From an uncultured bacterium (GTDB lineage: Bacteria > SAR324 > NAC60-12): a DNA stretch of 35,705 bases. Position 1 is the stretch's first letter. The number at the start of each line of letters is the position of its first letter. A program made the position numbers and the translations under genes. The notes beneath the pieces are model-generated. The model saw only the letters and a program-made list of their open reading frames with translations. It was not told the DNA's origin and did not search any database. Where the stretch lies: contig CBFIJD010000032.1 of NCBI GenBank assembly GCA_965662845.1, positions 1 to 35,705 on the forward strand. Direction: 5' to 3'. Below are positions 32,210 to 35,705 of the stretch, one piece after another.

Positions 32210-34954
32210 ATGCCTTCCGGATCACTGCTGCTGCTCTCTTCTTTGGGCTATCTCGGACTTTTGTTTGGCATTGCCTATTACGCGGACTGGCGGAGGAAAC
32301 AGGACACAACATTCTTGGCCTCTGCGAACGTCTATGCGTTCTCCATCGCGATCTATTGCACAGCGTGGACGTTCTATGGGAGCGTTGGTTTGGCTTCTCA
32401 GGCGGGGATGTTGTTTCTGCCGATTTATTTGGGGCCAACGCTCTTCATGTTGGTGTGGCCGCTGGTGCTGCGCAAAACGATCCGCATCTGCAAACGCTAC
32501 TCGCTGACTTCGATCGCAGACTTTCTAGCGATGCGATATGGCAACCGCGCCTTACTGGGCGAAGTCGCGACGCTGCTCGCCGTCATCGGGTTAGTGCCCT
32601 ACATCGCGCTTCAACTCAAAGCTTTGAACTCGCTGCAACAGCTCTTGCCCGATGCGACGATTCCTGTGGGCTTAAACGGCGTGGGTCCACTGGAAGACAG
32701 CGCGTTTTACATCACCTTGCTCTTAGCGGCGTTCACGATCATTTTTGGAGTGCGGACTTTAGACAGCACCGAGCAGCACGCCGGGATGATGGGCGCCATC
32801 GCCTTTGAGTCACTGGTCAAGCTAGCGGCGTTCTTTTTGGTGGGGGTGGCTGTGGTGTATGTCGCGTTTTCTGGTTGGGAAGATCTATTCCGACAAGCGC
32901 GCGAGGCACAATTAGAGAGCTTGTGGAGTCTGGAAGGAGAGCGGACTCAAGATTGGTTTCTGCTCACGCTGCTCTCTGCAATGGCCATTTTGCTGCTGCC
33001 GCGCCAGTTTCAAGTCGCCGTGGTGGAGAACAGCGACGAGAGGCATCTGGAGCGAGCGAGCTGGTTGTTCCCGCTGTATTTGTTGCTGATCAACTTGTTT
33101 GTGTTGCCGATCGCCTTAGCAGGGCGCCTGCTGTTTGGGGAAGGCCAAGTGGACGCTGACACCTTTGTGCTGGCTCTGCCGCTTTTGTTAGAGCGACCCT
33201 TTCTCGCGTGGTTAGCGTTTATTGGCGGGCTCTCTGCAGCAACGAGTATGATTGTGGTGGAGGCCGTCGCGCTGGCAACGATGGTGAGTAACTCGCTCCT
33301 GCTGCCGCTCCTGATGCGCTCAGGGTTGGCGGCGTCTCAAGTGCTCTCTCGACATCGGCAGCTGCTCTGGTTCCGACGCATGACGGTGCTGTTGCTGCTG
33401 TTGCTCAGTTACGCTTATTTTCGCTCCTTTTTAGAGCGCTACTCGCTGGTGTCGATTGGGCTGATCTCGTTTACCGCCGTGGCTCAGTTTGCCCCTGCGT
33501 TTTTTGGGGGGCTGTACTGGAAGCGCGGCGCCTATGCCGGTGCCTTGACGGGGCTGCTCGTGGGCTTTGGCGTGTGGTTCTATGCGTTGCCGTTGCGTCA
33601 ATTCTTGGAGATCGGGAGCGAACCGTTGACGACGACTGCCGGTCTCGCCTGGTACCTGTGGCCTTATGTCTGGATGGACGCGACCCCGTTGGGGTTGGTC
33701 ACGCAGACCATGTTCTGGAGCTTGCTCCTCAACGGAGGATGCTATGTGGGGGTCTCTCTGTTTGTGCGCCAGAGCCTGTTTGAGCAAGGACAAGCCGGGC
33801 GCTTTGTGGACGCGTTGAACCCCTCCGATCAGCGACACGCCACCCTCTGGCGCGGTCAAGTGCGTGTGTCGGAGCTGCTACAGCTGCTGGGGCACTTCAT
33901 GGGCGAAGAGAAAGCCGAGGAGCTGCTGCGGGACTTCACACGGGCGCACGGGTTGGCTTCGCTAGAAAACTTGGGACGACAGCCCGAGTTGATTGAGTAT
34001 GTGGAGCGTCAACTCGCAGGCAGTATCGGTTCCGTGTCTGCCAGAATTGTGGTCGCCTCAGTGGTCGAAGAAGAGTCGCTGCAGCTAGAAGACGTGATGG
34101 ACTTGCTGGACGTCACCCAACAAGCGCTAGCCTACAGTGAGCGGATGCGGGAGCAGTCGCAAAAGTTGCAACAAACCACAGAAGAGCTGCAACAAGCGAA
34201 CGCGCGCCTGACCGAACTCGACCAACTGAAAGATGAGTTTGTGTCCACCATTACCCATGAACTCCGCACGCCGCTGACGTCGATCCGAGCTTTGGCAGAG
34301 ATTTTACATGACAACCCCGCGTTGCCAGATGAACAGCGCCGTGATTTTTTGCAGGTTACGATCTCGGAGACGGAACGTCTGACGCGCTTGATCAATCAAG
34401 TGCTGGATTTTGAGAAGCTGGAGTCCGGGAGGTTTGAGTTCGCCATGCAAGAACTCAATTTAGTCGAACTGCTTCAAAATGTGTTACACACCAACCGTGG
34501 ACTTATGGAAGAAAAGTCTATTTATGTAGACAGGAATTTTGTGAGAGAATCATTGCAAATCTATGGTGACTGTGATGCAATGACCCAAGTTGTACTCAAT
34601 TTGTTATCTAACGCCGTCAAATTTTGTCCAGATCAGGGGGGGCGCATTCACGTATCAGCTCGAATTGACGGGCCCGATGCAGAGGTGCGTATTCAGGACA
34701 ACGGCATTGGCATTCAGGAAGCTGATCGCCACAAAATCTTCGAACGCTTCTACCAAGTCTCTAACCCGACGCGGCCCTCCTCAGCTGGCACAGGCCTTGG
34801 CTTGGCCATCAGCAGAAACATCTTGATCGCTCATAACGGCACCATTGGCGTGGCTCCAGGTTCTGAAAACGGGGCAATTTTCTACTTCCGCGTACCGCTA
34901 CGCAAGCAGTCCGCAACCACAAACTTTGAACGGGGAGGCTCACAAGATGGCTAA
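32210..34954 (+). CDS. SLC5 (sodium:solute symporter)-STAC-histidine kinase, CrbS/MxtR/CbrA-like
   Basis: YAFSIAIYCTAWTFYGSVG, SIADFL..RYG, AIAFESLVKL and LLPRQFQVAVVEN. STAC-like ERQLAGSIGSVSARIVV. H-box THELRTPLTSIR and N/G boxes (NLLSNAVKF, DNGIGI, GTGLGL). Confidence 0.92.
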   Translation: MPSGSLLLLSSLGYLGLLFGIAYYADWRRKQDTTFLASANVYAFSIAIYCTAWTFYGSVGLASQAGMLFLPIYLGPTLFMLVWPLVLRKTIRICKRYSLTSIADFLAMRYGNRALLGEVATLLAVIGLVPYIALQLKALNSLQQLLPDATIPVGLNGVGPLEDSAFYITLLLAAFTIIFGVRTLDSTEQHAGMMGAIAFESLVKLAAFFLVGVAVVYVAFSGWEDLFRQAREAQLESLWSLEGERTQDWFLLTLLSAMAILLLPRQFQVAVVENSDERHLERASWLFPLYLLLINLFVLPIALAGRLLFGEGQVDADTFVLALPLLLERPFLAWLAFIGGLSAATSMIVVEAVALATMVSNSLLLPLLMRSGLAASQVLSRHRQLLWFRRMTVLLLLLLSYAYFRSFLERYSLVSIGLISFTAVAQFAPAFFGGLYWKRGAYAGALTGLLVGFGVWFYALPLRQFLEIGSEPLTTTAGLAWYLWPYVWMDATPLGLVTQTMFWSLLLNGGCYVGVSLFVRQSLFEQGQAGRFVDALNPSDQRHATLWRGQVRVSELLQLLGHFMGEEKAEELLRDFTRAHGLASLENLGRQPELIEYVERQLAGSIGSVSARIVVASVVEEESLQLEDVMDLLDVTQQALAYSERMREQSQKLQQTTEELQQANARLTELDQLKDEFVSTITHELRTPLTSIRALAEILHDNPALPDEQRRDFLQVTISETERLTRLINQVLDFEKLESGRFEFAMQELNLVELLQNVLHTNRGLMEEKSIYVDRNFVRESLQIYGDCDAMTQVVLNLLSNAVKFCPDQGGRIHVSARIDGPDAEVRIQDNGIGIQEADRHKIFERFYQVSNPTRPSSAGTGLGLAISRNILIAHNGTIGVAPGSENGAIFYFRVPLRKQSATTNFERGGSQDG

Positions 34955-35381
34955 GATTCTAATTATCGAAGATGATCCTGTGATTACGATCTCACTGGAA
35001 TTTCTCATGAAACAAAACGAGCATCAGGTCACTCTGGCAAGCAACGGCGAAGACGGCTTGCAGAAAGCCGAACAAACCCTCCCGGATCTGATCCTGATGG
35101 ATGTCATGATGCCTCATCGCTCGGGATTTGAGCTTTGCCAAATCCTGCGAGCCAACCGCAAATTTGACAGCACTCGGATTGTTCTCTTGACGGCGAAAGG
35201 CCGCGACGTAGACATCCAGAAAGGAATTGCGCTGGGCGCGGATAGCTACGTCACCAAGCCGTTCTCTACACGCGAACTCGTCTCCAAAGTGAAAGACTTG
35301 TTAGCCCAAGAGCGCTCGGTGGCGCCTCAAGACAGCAAAACGAGGAGCACCGGCCAACCTGCCGTCGCTCGCCTCAATTAA
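34947..35381 (+). CDS. Single-domain response regulator (receiver only, 144 aa)
   Basis: GGAGG RBS, and ATG 34947 overlaps the kinase end. ILIIEDD, LILMDVMMP, LLTAKG and YVTKPFS. No output domain. Confidence 0.92.
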   Translation: MAKILIIEDDPVITISLEFLMKQNEHQVTLASNGEDGLQKAEQTLPDLILMDVMMPHRSGFELCQILRANRKFDSTRIVLLTAKGRDVDIQKGIALGADSYVTKPFSTRELVSKVKDLLAQERSVAPQDSKTRSTGQPAVARLN

Positions 35382-35411
35382 CACTAACCCTCTGCACAGA
35401 AGTTGACTCCT

Positions 35412-35705
35412 GTGACTCAAGTCGCGATCTACAACAGCCTGTCGGCTTTCCAACAGGCGGCTCCTCCCGAATTTTCTCCCGAAATTGCTGAGACAGTGCG
35501 CGACATTCTGCAAGCTGTCCGAAGGCGTGGCGATGAGGCGCTGCGAGACTACACACAGCGTTTTGACCACGTTGAACTCTCGGATTTGCGGGTGCCCACA
35601 ACCTACCTTGAGCAATGTTTGCAGCAGCTCGCTCCAGATCTGCGAGAAGTGCTGGAACAAGCCGCCGCGAACATCCGCAAGTTTCACCAGCGCCAAAAGC
35701 AAGAG
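35412..35705 (+). CDS. hisD: Histidinol dehydrogenase, 3'-truncated (absent from the ORF track)
   Basis: Manual translation from GTG 35412 (or TTG 35403): ...ETVRDILQAVRRRGDEALRDYTQRFD...LREVLEQAAANIRKFHQRQ, the HisD N-terminal signature. Confidence 0.88.
   Translation, partial: MTQVAIYNSLSAFQQAAPPEFSPEIAETVRDILQAVRRRGDEALRDYTQRFDHVELSDLRVPTTYLEQCLQQLAPDLREVLEQAAANIRKFHQRQKQE

Noticed and set aside
34440..34650. AT-richer patch inside the histidine kinase as an insertion or internal promoter
   Set aside because: The frame is intact and encodes the normal HATPase lead-in. Only a poor promoter match was found.
1..35705. CRISPR array, prophage, integron or autonomous IS
   Set aside because: No regularly spaced direct repeats, and no cas, integrase, transposase or phage structural genes were recognised by eye.

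Overview
A gene-dense bacterial chromosomal window of about 55% GC (estimated by eye). The protein set is delta-proteobacteria-like, possibly SAR324 (inference only). Most of it is a patchwork of housekeeping genes out of their usual operons: mfd (5'-partial), rnr, ftsW, aroA, lipA, rpoZ, a lipoyl-domain lpdA, mltA and hisD (3'-partial). It also holds two tandem TerB-like genes, orphan GspL-like and PilP-like genes, a 946-aa secreted ankyrin-repeat protein, a haloacid dehalogenase, DUF368, a pentapeptide-repeat protein, an Ntn acylase, a fasciclin, a USP, and an SLC5/STAC histidine kinase with a single-domain receiver. No transposase, integrase, reverse transcriptase, CRISPR array, tRNA or rRNA was seen. 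Two things stand out. (1) An AT-rich island at 2817-3630 carries a sigma54 promoter with an IHF-like site and an upstream inverted repeat, a 110-nt hairpin that buries the RBS, a 78-aa SutA-like RNA-polymerase-binding protein, and a ~230-nt multi-hairpin element closed by an 18-bp terminal stem that has an alternative fold (candidate ncRNA or MITE). (2) A PhnX-family HAD enzyme has its phosphonatase signature changed (DWAGT to DWDGT, Schiff-base Lys53 to Leu), which suggests a different, phosphatase-like chemistry. All family calls come from remembered motifs, not database searches.
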